DNA of 64,000 nucleotides from Rotaria socialis (taxonomy: Eukaryota). How positions within the stretch are numbered: the first letter of the stretch is position 1; every line of letters begins with the position of its first letter. Below the pieces are notes generated by a model that ran no database searches, was not told the DNA's origin, and saw only the letters and a program-made list of their open reading frames with translations. This document shows, piece after piece, positions 52,590 through 64,000 of this stretch. A program made the translations under genes and the position numbers. The stretch covers positions 124,001 to 188,000 of the forward strand of contig CAJNYD010000225.1 of assembly GCA_905331295.1 (NCBI GenBank). Reading direction: 5' to 3'.

Positions 52590-53735
52590 TCATTTCATGA
52601 AATAATCACATTTAAGTATTGGACAATCAGCAGGTACAAGTACCGGCAAATGATCATAGTAGAGTGTATAGCTCGGAAATGATTGATTGTGCGTACCATC
52701 TACATAGGCACCTAGATAAGCATGACTTTCAAGTGAACGCATTGGATCCAGAAGAGTATTACGTGATGGACATTTTTCACGAAATAAACTGACGGACCTT
52801 GTTGCTAAATCTGTTTTGTCAATAATCATTTTTGATAGAGCATAGATACTCATATGATCTGGTACAGTAATATCTAAATGACCAGGATATGTGTTGAACG
52901 AATCAAATGTGATACTACGAAGATGAACAGTAATATATCTATATACGAAAAAGAACGAATAGATTTTCTCTTAAACGATATTGATTTTCACCTAGACTGA
53001 TTCAGTTGTACAGATTCATTGAAGAATTTTCGAAATTGATTTGGTATTCTTTTTTCAAGAACTATTTCTTTTGATTTTGGTACAGGTAATACTGATATAT
53101 ATCGTAAAATACCATCGCCAAATTTTTCATCTAATATTATCTGATAGTCTATTAAACCTTCGATTTCAAATAATTTTGTTAGAGAAAAAATATCTTCGCC
53201 TATCATTTCAGGCAATCGATCTCTGATGACTAAGAATAAAAATAAAATTTGCTTTGAATATCAACAATACCATTAAAAATTCTTTTATTATTACTAAGTC
53301 GAAATTGTTCATACGGTAAACGACCTGAATCAAGTTTATCTAGTGCATGGCAAGCAGCAAGCAATATTTTTTTGTGACCTGATAACAATGAATTAATACG
53401 TTCACATACAATGTTCAATTGTTCAGGAGAAGTTAATATCATGTTTACTGCTTTTGTTAAACGTTCCTATATAAGGAAATAGGCAATCAAATAGGTTTTT
53501 CTATTATGAAAATATTTACTAATTCTTTCTGACGAAGAGTTTTTATTTTATTTTTCTTCTTGGTATTTTTATCATCTTTGTCTTCGATTGGTTCGAGTAG
53601 AAGAGATTGAATTACGGATGTTGTAGTTCGTATTTGTTTAATATTATTAGTTTCATCTATTGGCTCTGGTGATAATTCTACATCAACAGATTCGATAGGT
53701 TCTAATTCTTCTTGTTTTTCATCAAGATTCTCCAT
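52590..53735 (-). CDS. Uncharacterised 4-exon protein: acidic N-terminus, degenerate EF-hand-like region, probable ubiquitin-like C-terminal domain
   Basis: Four ORF pieces join by GT-AG introns. LDKLDSGRLPYEQF and GLIDYQ resemble EF loops; C-terminus TLYYD...DCPIL. The domain calls are tentative. Confidence 0.7.
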
Positions 53736-56700
53736 GTTAATACTAAAAAGAAAAGAAAAACTATCGACGATGCTGTTTCGTAGCAGCTCATTTTGTACAT
53801 AAGAATGAATATTTTTCGTGTCGTATCAGTTACGACAGTGAAGAGAACAAAGTAATTTGAGATTTTTTATAATTGCTTCTCGACAGATGAATAGAAAGAA
53901 TATGCAACAACGAAAAGATTCACTAGTCGAATATAGCATTTAGTTTTTTTTTTCTCAAGTTTAAAACATTTATTGACAAATACAATCAATAGTTAGGAAT
54001 AAGTATTAGATTAAGCCCCCCCCAATTNTTTGCCAATAACTCTTTAAAGCAAAAACTTTGCAATAAATTGAGTTAACACAACATCCATATTGCCTAAAAA
54101 TTTCAGACAAATAGGTCCACGAATAACGAAAAACGATTCCTGAGGGGGGGGGGAGCCCCTTAAATAATGTTTGCTAATCGTTTGGTTCATATGATGTATA
54201 ATAAAGTTGCTTTGAATCTAAACAAATCTTTCCATTATAGTTGAATAATTTACTGTGTGTCTCATTACTCCAGCTCATTTCTTATGTTCAGACGTGATGT
54301 CACTTTGAATTTCTGTTGCATGCTTTTAATTGCGTATGCATACGAAAAAGACAGTTTCTTTTTAACTAATAAAAATCTAAATAAAATTTAGCGAAAGTAA
54401 AATGTATTTTTTGGTAAACATAACCATTCTTTCTCAGATATCATGCTGATATTTGTAGAAATTATTTAATGATACCGATAATAGTAAGAATAATTTAAAA
54501 CTATTTGAATTGTCACAATGTACCCAACAGAAAAACAAACAAGCAGAAAAGCATAATTGGACGGTGATTCAACTCTTGTTTAATGTTTTATACTAAAAAT
54601 ATTTGAAAATAATGTGCCACGAAGTGCTTCTTAAAAGTGTCATTCAAGATAATTGTGTCGTTCCACACCCAAATAAATCAATTACATGTATTCTAGTCTT
54701 GTGGAACTACTATGTCGTTGATGCGCGGAAACAAGAATGTAAGTCTGTAATATGTGAACTAATCTCTTGTAATTAGATTATTTATATTTGTTTGGAAAGG
54801 CTGAATAATAAAAATTAAATATAGTAATCATCCAGAGCAAAGAATAGAAGAGAATAAGAAGAAAAAGCATCACTATAACCGAATTTGTTTTGTTTGGTTT
54901 TCATAAGATCTTATCACTTTGAATTACACTCGAAAATAGATTTTACGTTCAACTTACTAAGTGATGAAAGCTATCCTCCATTCATTCGTTAAATAAGAGG
55001 TTTGCTAAATATGATGACATGTTGTGCGCGATATTCTTCATAGATTTCCACGATCTAAATCAATGAAACTGTTACGGACGTGCAATCATGACAATCAGAA
55101 TGAATTGATAATTGTTAATGAAGTCGCATGTACTTATATCGTAAATGAATCGATATGTTGACTCATAAAAGATGTCTTTATTAACTAAAAGGAACACTGC
55201 GAAGACAAAGCCTAATCTTTATGTCTAATTTTTATTGCATTCTATAACTACAATTAAATAGTTGTCATAACGTCAAAGCTTACTGACAAATGCACAAACA
55301 TTGCAAGGTTCAATCAAATATGATGGTTATATCAACGATCGAAAAATACATATTTATTTACTTGTCCAAGAAATATTGTCCTTTTTCATTGAAATGGTCC
55401 GATTTTTATCTCGTGAAGATAGTGTGTTTACTCATTCATGGACAAACTTAAATCTTCTTTCATTGAGAATCATGTCTATCGGAAAGATAAGTGCAAGAGT
55501 AAACATGTCTCTTTTATAATAAAAAAAAATAATCTTTGGAATGTAAATTTCTGTTGAAGAGCGACGGTGAACTTCAACATAAAATTTTCTCTTTATAAAC
55601 TAAAAGCAAATCAGTAGAATAATTCATTATGGTTCACTAAAAAAAATCTGCTTCAATAAAAACGTCAATACTAGAAAAAAAAACGAATGGTGATCACATT
55701 CTGAAACTAATTTTAGTAGTTTCATTCAATTTAGAATCTATCAGATATTTTTCCGATTTAAAAATTTCATATTAATGCAACATAATTGATACATGAAATT
55801 TCAAAGAGACATCGATAGTAAATATTAGCAAAATAAGCGGAAAGATACTAAGTGAGACATTTTTCAAAAAAAAAAAGATTATTATTAGTTGAAGAAAAAC
55901 CAACGAATCATATCTGTCAACTCATCAAATAAATCATGTTAAATTCGAATCCTTGATAGAGAAAGCATTTCTCACATCACTACGAATTATTGATTCATTG
56001 AGTTCAATCATAGCAGAGTTAATGGTTTTAAGAATATAACAGGATAATATGAAATATTTTAAGAGAACACAAATACTTGCAGACATTACAGTATTTGGCC
56101 TTTAAACCAACAAGAAAATTCTGAAAAAAGTTAATTTTTAGAATTTCAACGCAAATACAAGATTCACTTCGCTAATATTCTGAGATTGTGCGTAGAATAC
56201 TTGAATGTAACGCCTTCTCGCAAATTAGTTTGACCACTCTAATAGCCATTCGAAAACACCCTCAAGATATTTAACCACCTACTGTGTTCTAAGCTATTAA
56301 CATAGTATTAAAATTGATTTGATCTTGCATTGAATAGTGTTATAGATATGAATCAAAGAGAACGTTCACAATATCCATGTTATTCGCACATCAAATATAA
56401 TAATCAGGTAGTATAATCTTTTCTTTGCCGATGGATAGTTCGTCAAATTCTTTTTAATTAACAATGATTTAGCTGTATATGTAATATGTTAGATTTATTT
56501 TCAAGATTGTTGTGTTAATATTGACAGCCATGAACATTAGGACATAACTGTTTCGTAACTCTATTTTATTTACTATGCTCATCATTTACCAAAAACAAAG
56601 AAACGATACAATAGATATGATAAGTTTTCTGAAATTCAAGATTAAATAAAACTTTGCATAATAGAGAAAGAAATCTTGCAACCATATAATTTAAATTTGA

Positions 56701-57270
56701 ATATCAAAACGTGTTTTTTTCTAATTCAATCTTGCAGAATGTATACGAGTCAAAGTAGAAAACAATCAAAATACATTCCTATTATTCAGTACCAAAGAAT
56801 GTTTTTATGAAATCAGTTCATTTAAAATATATCAAATTAAGATTTTCACCGAAATGATTTTTTTCAAGCACATCATCAATACGAATAGAATATAAGTTTC
56901 TTGTTAGGTCGATAATATGTTTATCTCTCTTAGCAAGAATATTTTCAAAATGGTATCACATTATTCGGCAATGCTCGAGTCAATACTAATATTTCTAATC
57001 ATAAAATTCCTATCGAATCAAGCATATCTTTCGATTAGTTAAAAAATAGAACTCATATTTGGTTCATTCTAGTTTGTTAACTATCGAACACCAAAAGATG
57101 ATACAAACATACAAATAAAAGAAAAAGACATGTAATACTACTCAGAGTTTTATTTGTAATTGTATAAGAATGGATATGAGAAACAGAGGCAAGTAGGTAT
57201 ACGAGAAATCTATCAAATAATGATTATTAGTCTGTATTAAGTAGCACGTGATGAACATGATTTTATATAT

Positions 57271-57887
57271 CTAATCGGCACGTTTGTACCAGCGACGAGC
57301 TGTAACATTACCGGCTTTCATTTCCTAGAAACATATACGAAATGACACTAGATTTTACTTCCATAAAACTAATTAAAATTAACATACAATTTGTTGTTGT
57401 CCTTGCGCATCAACCCAACGTGCAATTGTTGATTCTTTTCCATTTTTATCACGCATTGTATGAAGCCATTTATCTTTTTCAAATTTGATAACAGACTATA
57501 AGGATAAACAATAAAAAAAGGATCTTATGTAATGTTTACACTATTTTGGATAAGAAATCATGACTAACTTTAACGTTTTCACCATCAAGGCGAGTTTCAT
57601 CGAATTCAACGCCAGGTGCAAATTCGTAAGTTGCCGATTTCAATGTTGATTCACTTTTTAACATCCATTTACCATCATTTTCTTTGATGATTAATTTTGG
57701 TTTAATCAATTTAGCTGATTGACGAAGAGCGAAACCGACACCCTTTTAGAAGATCGATAAACATTTAAATGTTCATAACGAAATAATAGGCTGCTCTTAC
57801 AATCTCTTTCATGTAGTCATCGAAGTGTTCACCGTCGACGTATTCCCATGTACCTTTAAGTTTTTCAATACCAGCGGTAGCTGCCAT
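57271..57887 (-). CDS. Fatty acid-binding protein (FABP/iLBP family), 4 exons; missed by the ORF track
   Basis: MAATAGIEKLKGTWEYVDGEHFDDYMKEI/GVGFALRQSAKLIKPKLII...SESTLK...F.PGVEFDETRLDG...ARRWYKRAD*, with three introns as in classic FABPs. Confidence 0.93.
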
Positions 57888-58725
57888 GATAATATTTTGT
57901 TTTTCTTTAGTAGCCTAAATGTTCAAAGTTGATGTTAAACGTATCACGTTTTAATGAAAGTTCAATGTGAACTTACTGGATCGAAAAAAAGTTGTGCTTC
58001 TATGTATGAAAAGACGAGGTAATGAGTGAATGAAAGAAAACAGACACGCCATATTTTATATATATAGCTATTGATATCTCTTTAGAGAGAATGAAGGAGA
58101 AAAAGAGAGATGATGATATATCGAGAGAGAGATAGAGAAAGTGAAAGAACATGAAATACCTATCATATCAAAGAAGCATTCTTGTCTTTGTTAAAACAAA
58201 CCAGTAAGAGCTATCATGATGTGATAACGATAGATGATTGGTTGAGCCTCGAAAATTCTTTATAAAAGAATGCATATGACTTATCACTAAACAAAATATA
58301 AACAATGGTCAGTTTGGTAGCTCGTCGATTTCGTTTTTATTTAGTATAGAACCAGTATCATTCATTCATTACAAGAAAGAGAAAGAGAAATTTGTAATTT
58401 TTTCTTTGTAAACAAGTAAAAGTAACGAATGAAGCGTCTGCTTCATAATAGCAATAGCTAACTAACTAATTATTATTATACTATTTTGTCTTTATTGAAA
58501 TGTCGAACTACTAATTTTCAGTCTTTGATCAAAGTAAATCAAATTTATTCAGTATAACCACTGAATAGCTTTTCGTTCACTTAGAGCAACTTTTACAAAA
58601 AGAAATTCAAAAAAGAGAGACATGATATTCTTTTGATCGAGATATATTTTATGTTATTGAAACAAAAAAGTATTTCTCAATTTATTTATACCATGATTAA
58701 AAAAAAGATGAAATTATTAAATCTA

Positions 58726-61700
58726 TTAAATATCGATATGAAAAAGTGCATATTGAATGAATTTTTCCCATGATGAATATTTTAATTCTAATTGTGCACA
58801 ATAGATGTCATAGGATAAACGCTTTTGTTCATAAAAATGAATCATTTTATCAATATTCTCTAACAGAGCTTGAGACAAATGACGATGAAAAATTAGCTTA
58901 AAATAGAAAATAAACAAAATTAGGTAAATTGAAAAAAACTATAAAAAATTCGTACTTGAATTTGTTTACTGTCGAATGGAACCAATGATGCATTTCTTTC
59001 TGATACGGGTACTTGTAATAAAAATTCAAGAAGCATGATACCCGTCGCAATCAAACGAATTATATCAGTTTGTGTGTTTAGTGCTGAAATAAAATGATTT
59101 AATCATTGATTTTTCGTGTTCACTCTAGAAAAGAATAATTTTATTTTTCTTACCAAATGAATTAAAACCCTGTTTGTTTAAATACATTTTAAGTTCATCA
59201 AAGTCTTTCATATTGAGAGATAATAAATCAGCTAAATCTTGATTTAAATCAAATGACCCATCTACTAATTGAATTCTTTTCAATTCATTCATCATCAGCG
59301 TGGTTAAATCAATCTGTTTCATTTTTTCAAATAATGTAAAGCCTTTATATATTTGTGATTCACTTGTAAAATTAATTTTTGCATTGATAGTTGGTCCTTT
59401 AAGCTAAAGATTGATAAACAAAATTGATAGTATATATATATATATATATATATTGCTTTTAAACTCTACTATTACAAACCATATATAATGAATCTTTCGG
59501 ATATCGATCATAAACACAAAAAGCATGAAAATTTGGATTACTTTCTACATATGAAAGATGTTGTTCAATATATTTTTTATCTACTGTATCTATATTATCA
59601 ATAGAAATTATCCAAGACAATATTCAGTTCAATAGAAAACTTCTTACAATTCTGTTGATCAATTGTAAATTTTGTTTTAGCACCTGAACGTCTTTCTTCA
59701 GTTTCGATTTCTAACAATCCGTTACAATCAATATTCATGCAAATCGATATTACTAATGTTTGCGAAGAAAAATTTGGTATCAAATTAGTAAGTGTGAATT
59801 CACCAATCAATGTCTAAAAAATAAAACATAAATTATTATAATAACTTTTGATGACATTGTATATTTTTTTTATGAAACATTGTATTTTGTTAGTTTATGT
59901 TCTCCACAGAAAACACGAATCGTAGCTGCTGTTTGATAAGCGTAAGTATTTGTAAATGCAGAGTAAAATTCTGTTCGACACGGAATTGTTCGATTACGAC
60001 TGATAATTACACACATATGACCATTCATATCTTCAATGCCCAAACTAAGTGGTGTAACGTCAAGTGACAGTAAGTCTTGTTGTTTTAGGGATTGTATTTG
60101 TAATAAACAATAATTTATCATAATAATCAAGGCGTAATTCTACTACTACATACATCAGCATCCATCTTATGTGCCATTGGAATTCTATTGTATGAACAGT
60201 CAATGACGGCTGTTTTTCCGGGAGATTGGCGAAATTTTCTGTCGTTTCTGAATGATTCGCCCGAAGAACTAATCATTTTCTGCAGTGAGTCTTGTGAGTA
60301 ATACTTTTGATTGTAATCGATAGATTTCTTTGGCACCTCATATGGTTTTAGTTCAAAGCCTTCAGTTTGAATTCGGGTTGCAGACGTTAACGGTTCAATT
60401 GAAGATGATAGAGCATCGCATATTGAAAATGCAGCAGGTAGTTTCATGTCGACTGTTTCATACTTTAGTGATCCGCCTGGGCCATTACAAGAAGTAGTTA
60501 AATCAAGGAGATTTTTATCTACCGACTGGCTGCTTGCCGTTGCATACACAATATTATGAGGAGCATTTTTGCCCTGCCCGCCAAATAAACACTGCGATTG
60601 TGTGAATATGGTGCTCAATAATGGAACTTTGGTTGCTGTTGTTGCTGTTGTTATTGGAGGGTAATGAGGCATAGTTATTGAATTCGGTTGTTGTTGTCTA
60701 CTAAATTTGGGCTGCATAGAAGAATCAAACATAGTGTTGCTATTTGATTAGCTCCCAAACAACATAGTATGTAGTGAAGGGGATAGTGACAGAGACGTGG
60801 AAAACATTGTTGAACTATTAAATCCACTGGAAGGGCAAGGAGTGCTAACATTGTTAATAGTGCTACTTCCAAGTGAAGTACAAGAAAATGGGGCTTGAGG
60901 AACAGGTAGTGGTGGCGGGGGAGGAGATGCACCAGCGGATATCATTGAAGGAATAGTGAACCCACTAAATGCTCTGACACCTTGGAATGAGCTGTTATTG
61001 GTTATGGCACTTGATGAGTGAGGAGAAAAAATGATGTTTGAGGAGCAGGTGTAGTTGAAGTACTACCGAATCCATTAAATGTGTTAGTACCTTAGAACAA
61101 GTTGTTGTTGCTTATTGTACTTCCAACATTAGCAAAAGAAAAGGATGCTTGAGAAGCAACATGTAGCTGTGGTGCTACAGCAGGTATTGTTGAATTATAA
61201 GCGAATCCGCTGAATTTATGATTGCCTTCGAAGAGACTGTGGTTGCTGCTTATGGCACTTCCATATGAAGCAAAAGAAAATGGTGCTTGAGGAGCAGATA
61301 GTGACGGAGGCGCAATAGGCAGTATTGGTGAACTGCTAAATCCTTGGGTCGCATGAGCAGGTTCAATCAGATTGTTGATGTTGTTGTTGCTTGTATCATA
61401 TGCGGCTGGCGTGGACAAACATAGAGTCTCAGTAGATGATGGTTTACACAAATTCAAACTGGAATATATTTGATTAGGATTGATTTCTTTCGAGGTAGTA
61501 CGAGCTTCTCCATTGTAGCTAGTGCTGCTTAAACCGAATGAAAATAATCCAGGAAGAGGAGAATGTTGTGGGGGCGGTGGTGCTTCTATTGCAGTGGTAT
61601 GGACTTTAGTGTTAATAGTAGGGGAATTTAGCGATGATGATTCAGGAAAAAAAACACTAAGTGAAAAATCACTGTTACTTGTATCGATAGTACTGGTTTG

Positions 61701-64000
61701 AGAGAAAGGTATTGATGTTGTAGCAGGAGTCGAATTCAGAAGATTCTTTTCAGTAATATCTCGGCGTGATGAGAGAGTTACTATTTGACGACGAGTAGAA
61801 ACTGTCTTGTTACGAATTACAGGTGAAAATGATTCTTGTTGTTCAGTTTGGAGCTCTAAAGAAGTGTACCGTATTTTCGAATTCGGCTTCAGTAAGTTTT
61901 TTAGCTTTAATGAGAAAGATTTATCTATGCTCATCACAAATCTTTCACACCCTAAGGACATTGTCAAAGCATCGGCTGACGAAGACAAATATGAAAATTT
62001 ATCGCAAGTCTCCTCAACCGAATATAGATCTACATGTGGAAGCAATTAGGATTGATTAGGCGTCATCTCTTTCATTGTTTTCATCATGTCTACGACAATG
62101 TTGAGCTGTAGTGGTGAACTTACAGAATGCAAAGCTCCTGTGCAAAGTTCTACTAGACAGATTGCCTTCAACAGACTATCAAACTCAGGGACATGCAAAA
62201 ATTCAGATTAATATTGCTACCTTGTTTTCGGAATAATTTCAGCTTCTTCGTAGAAGTTGATGATAAGTCTTAAGCTACTTTATATTATTTTTGAAAATTA
62301 ATTCATTACTTCAGCTGTATTATTTCCTTTCTTACTATTTATTTCAGGATAATATGCCGTATATTGATTTTCATGGACAATTGGAAGACTAATACTATCG
62401 TCATAATAAGCAGATTTTTCTTGTTTCTTATGTGATAGCAAGTCAGAAGGTGCTGTTTGTGGAGAAATAAGATTCATTTCTAGTTTCTGAGATATGCTAT
62501 CCATTTTTGCATCGGTTTCACTATCTTCAAACAAGGTAAAACGTATGCCATCATAATTTTCTTCCATAACTGCTGTTGTTGCATGTTTAATTGTATCACT
62601 TTGTGATACGAATCCATGCTTGCGAATGAATTTTTTCTTTGATTCATTGGTCTGATAATCACGGGTACATTTAAAACTAACAGCGTCGTCATGAACATCA
62701 GAATAATCTACTGATTTTTTTCTATCTTGTATCTAGAGTTATTTCAAAGAATTTATCATTCATTCTACATGATTAACTTACGAATGTATTAGTGCTAGCA
62801 TTACTATCGCCTCCGCGATTGCCGCCGTAAAAATCACTCTCACCATCATAACGACTGCGAAAATCAGATTCATCACTGAAAGATAATTCTGGTTCACTAG
62901 CTTCATTTTCATCGCATAGTGTACCTTTGTCTTCAAAATCTTCTCTGAAAAAAATAATCACCATAGTAACATAATTTTTTTTTATATATTGTCAACTTAC
63001 AATGAATCCTTGTTAATACGTAAGTTCATTTCATTCAATCGTTTTTCTAATATTTTTCTTTCATTAATTGTTGCATTAATAATTTCATTATTTAAATCTA
63101 TGCATTCATATTCGTTGATTAGTAAATAGCAAATTTTCACAAAATTTCAAATTCCTACCTTCCCGTATTTTGTCATATAATTGTCGTGCTTTTTCTTTTT
63201 CTTGGAACGTTGTTCTATATGTATCAGCTATGGCTAATATTAACTCATATTTTGCATCACCACTAGAACGATGCGATATATTTTGACAAAGCTTTTCATA
63301 CTCAATTGATAATTCAATTTTATTTGATATTGACGCACTATCAAACACACGCTTTGCGTTAATTATTTTATCTTTAATTATATCTATTTGAGATCGTTCA
63401 TCATCCCAACCAGTGTATGGAAGTAAATCATTGCCATTTTCAAGCATAACATCCAGTAATCGAACACCCGACTCAAGTACGTGTCCATCACGTTCTTCTA
63501 TAGCTACAAAACTTGTAAATGAACTGACAACAGAATATTTCATACTAAGTTCAATTAAATCTTGTTTATACTATCTTTTAATAAGTTCATTTTCACATTC
63601 ATCATCATGTAATAAACTATTTTCATAATCTTGAATAATAGCACGAGCTGTTAAACAATGTAAAATACGTCCTTTTGTGTCAGTTATCTTATTACTAAAT
63701 ACAGTTGTAACATATTCTTGATTATTTATTGTTGCTGTTAATGTTGCTTTAAGACAATTTCGTATAAAACGATATACAGTCAAGAACATGCCATCAAATA
63801 ATGATCGAATTCGTTTTTGTGCTTGATTAGTAAACTTTTCTTGTTGATTGTCAATAGTTCCATGCCAATCAATTGATATATTTGTAACACATGGTTGACC
63901 AACATGTTCAAATATTTGAAGTACTTTTAATTTCCATCTTGAACGATAGTTTGAATCAAATATAGTCGTTGAACCACCACCATTTGTTCCATTAGCTAAT
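58726..64000 (-). pseudogene. PARP4 (vault PARP)/vWA-like gene, 3' part, with an embedded Hsp70 substrate-binding domain and multiple premature stops; extends beyond the window
   Basis: Post-vWA segment LH.LTARAIIQDYE..L..DE.ENEL.K...LIELSMKYSVVSSFTSFVAIEERD, an S/P/T-rich linker, and the C-terminus Q..DGSFDL...LELKYSSWEK resemble PARP4. In-frame stops at 63571, 62046, 61092 and 60748; frameshifts near 61030 and 60127. Confidence 0.75.

Noticed and set aside
59600..60090. A standalone hsp70 gene
   Set aside because: No ATPase domain or helical lid is present, and the segment lies within the PARP4-like gene.
31033..63573. Stop-codon reassignment to explain the in-frame stops in several genes
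   Set aside because: All three stop codons terminate intact genes here, the internal stops are of mixed types, and frameshifts co-occur.

Overview
AT-rich eukaryotic (metazoan) genomic DNA with many short GT-AG introns. Intron size, gene families and an intronless ART-TPR gene suggest a bdelloid rotifer; this is an inference, not a proof. Conserved multi-exon genes: 3' end of poly(A) polymerase, PTPDC1 (-), MANF/ARMET (+), two tandem Prop/unc-42 paired-class homeobox genes (+), an M13 neprilysin-like peptidase (+), the high-affinity choline transporter SLC5A7 (+), a DUF547 protein (-), an EF-hand/ubiquitin-like protein (-) and an FABP (-). The window ends in a stop-riddled PARP4/vWA-like gene (-) with an embedded Hsp70 substrate-binding domain. 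About 27.7-41.8 kb is a transposon-dense accessory island. It holds nested inverted-repeat elements, an orphan BLTP1/KIAA1109 exon, an intronless receiver-like/ADP-ribosyltransferase/TPR gene, a Cys-rich membrane-protein gene with one premature stop, a MITE-disrupted divergent ORF pair with a virus-like layout, and an intronless secreted Hog (Hint) gene. The Hog gene is the best candidate for an undescribed system: its only N-terminal cargo is a 34-aa, 4-Cys peptide. There is also a solo LTR in a PTPDC1 intron and a 100-N assembly gap at 19402-19501. All gene models and family assignments were made by eye, from motifs recalled from memory, with no database search.
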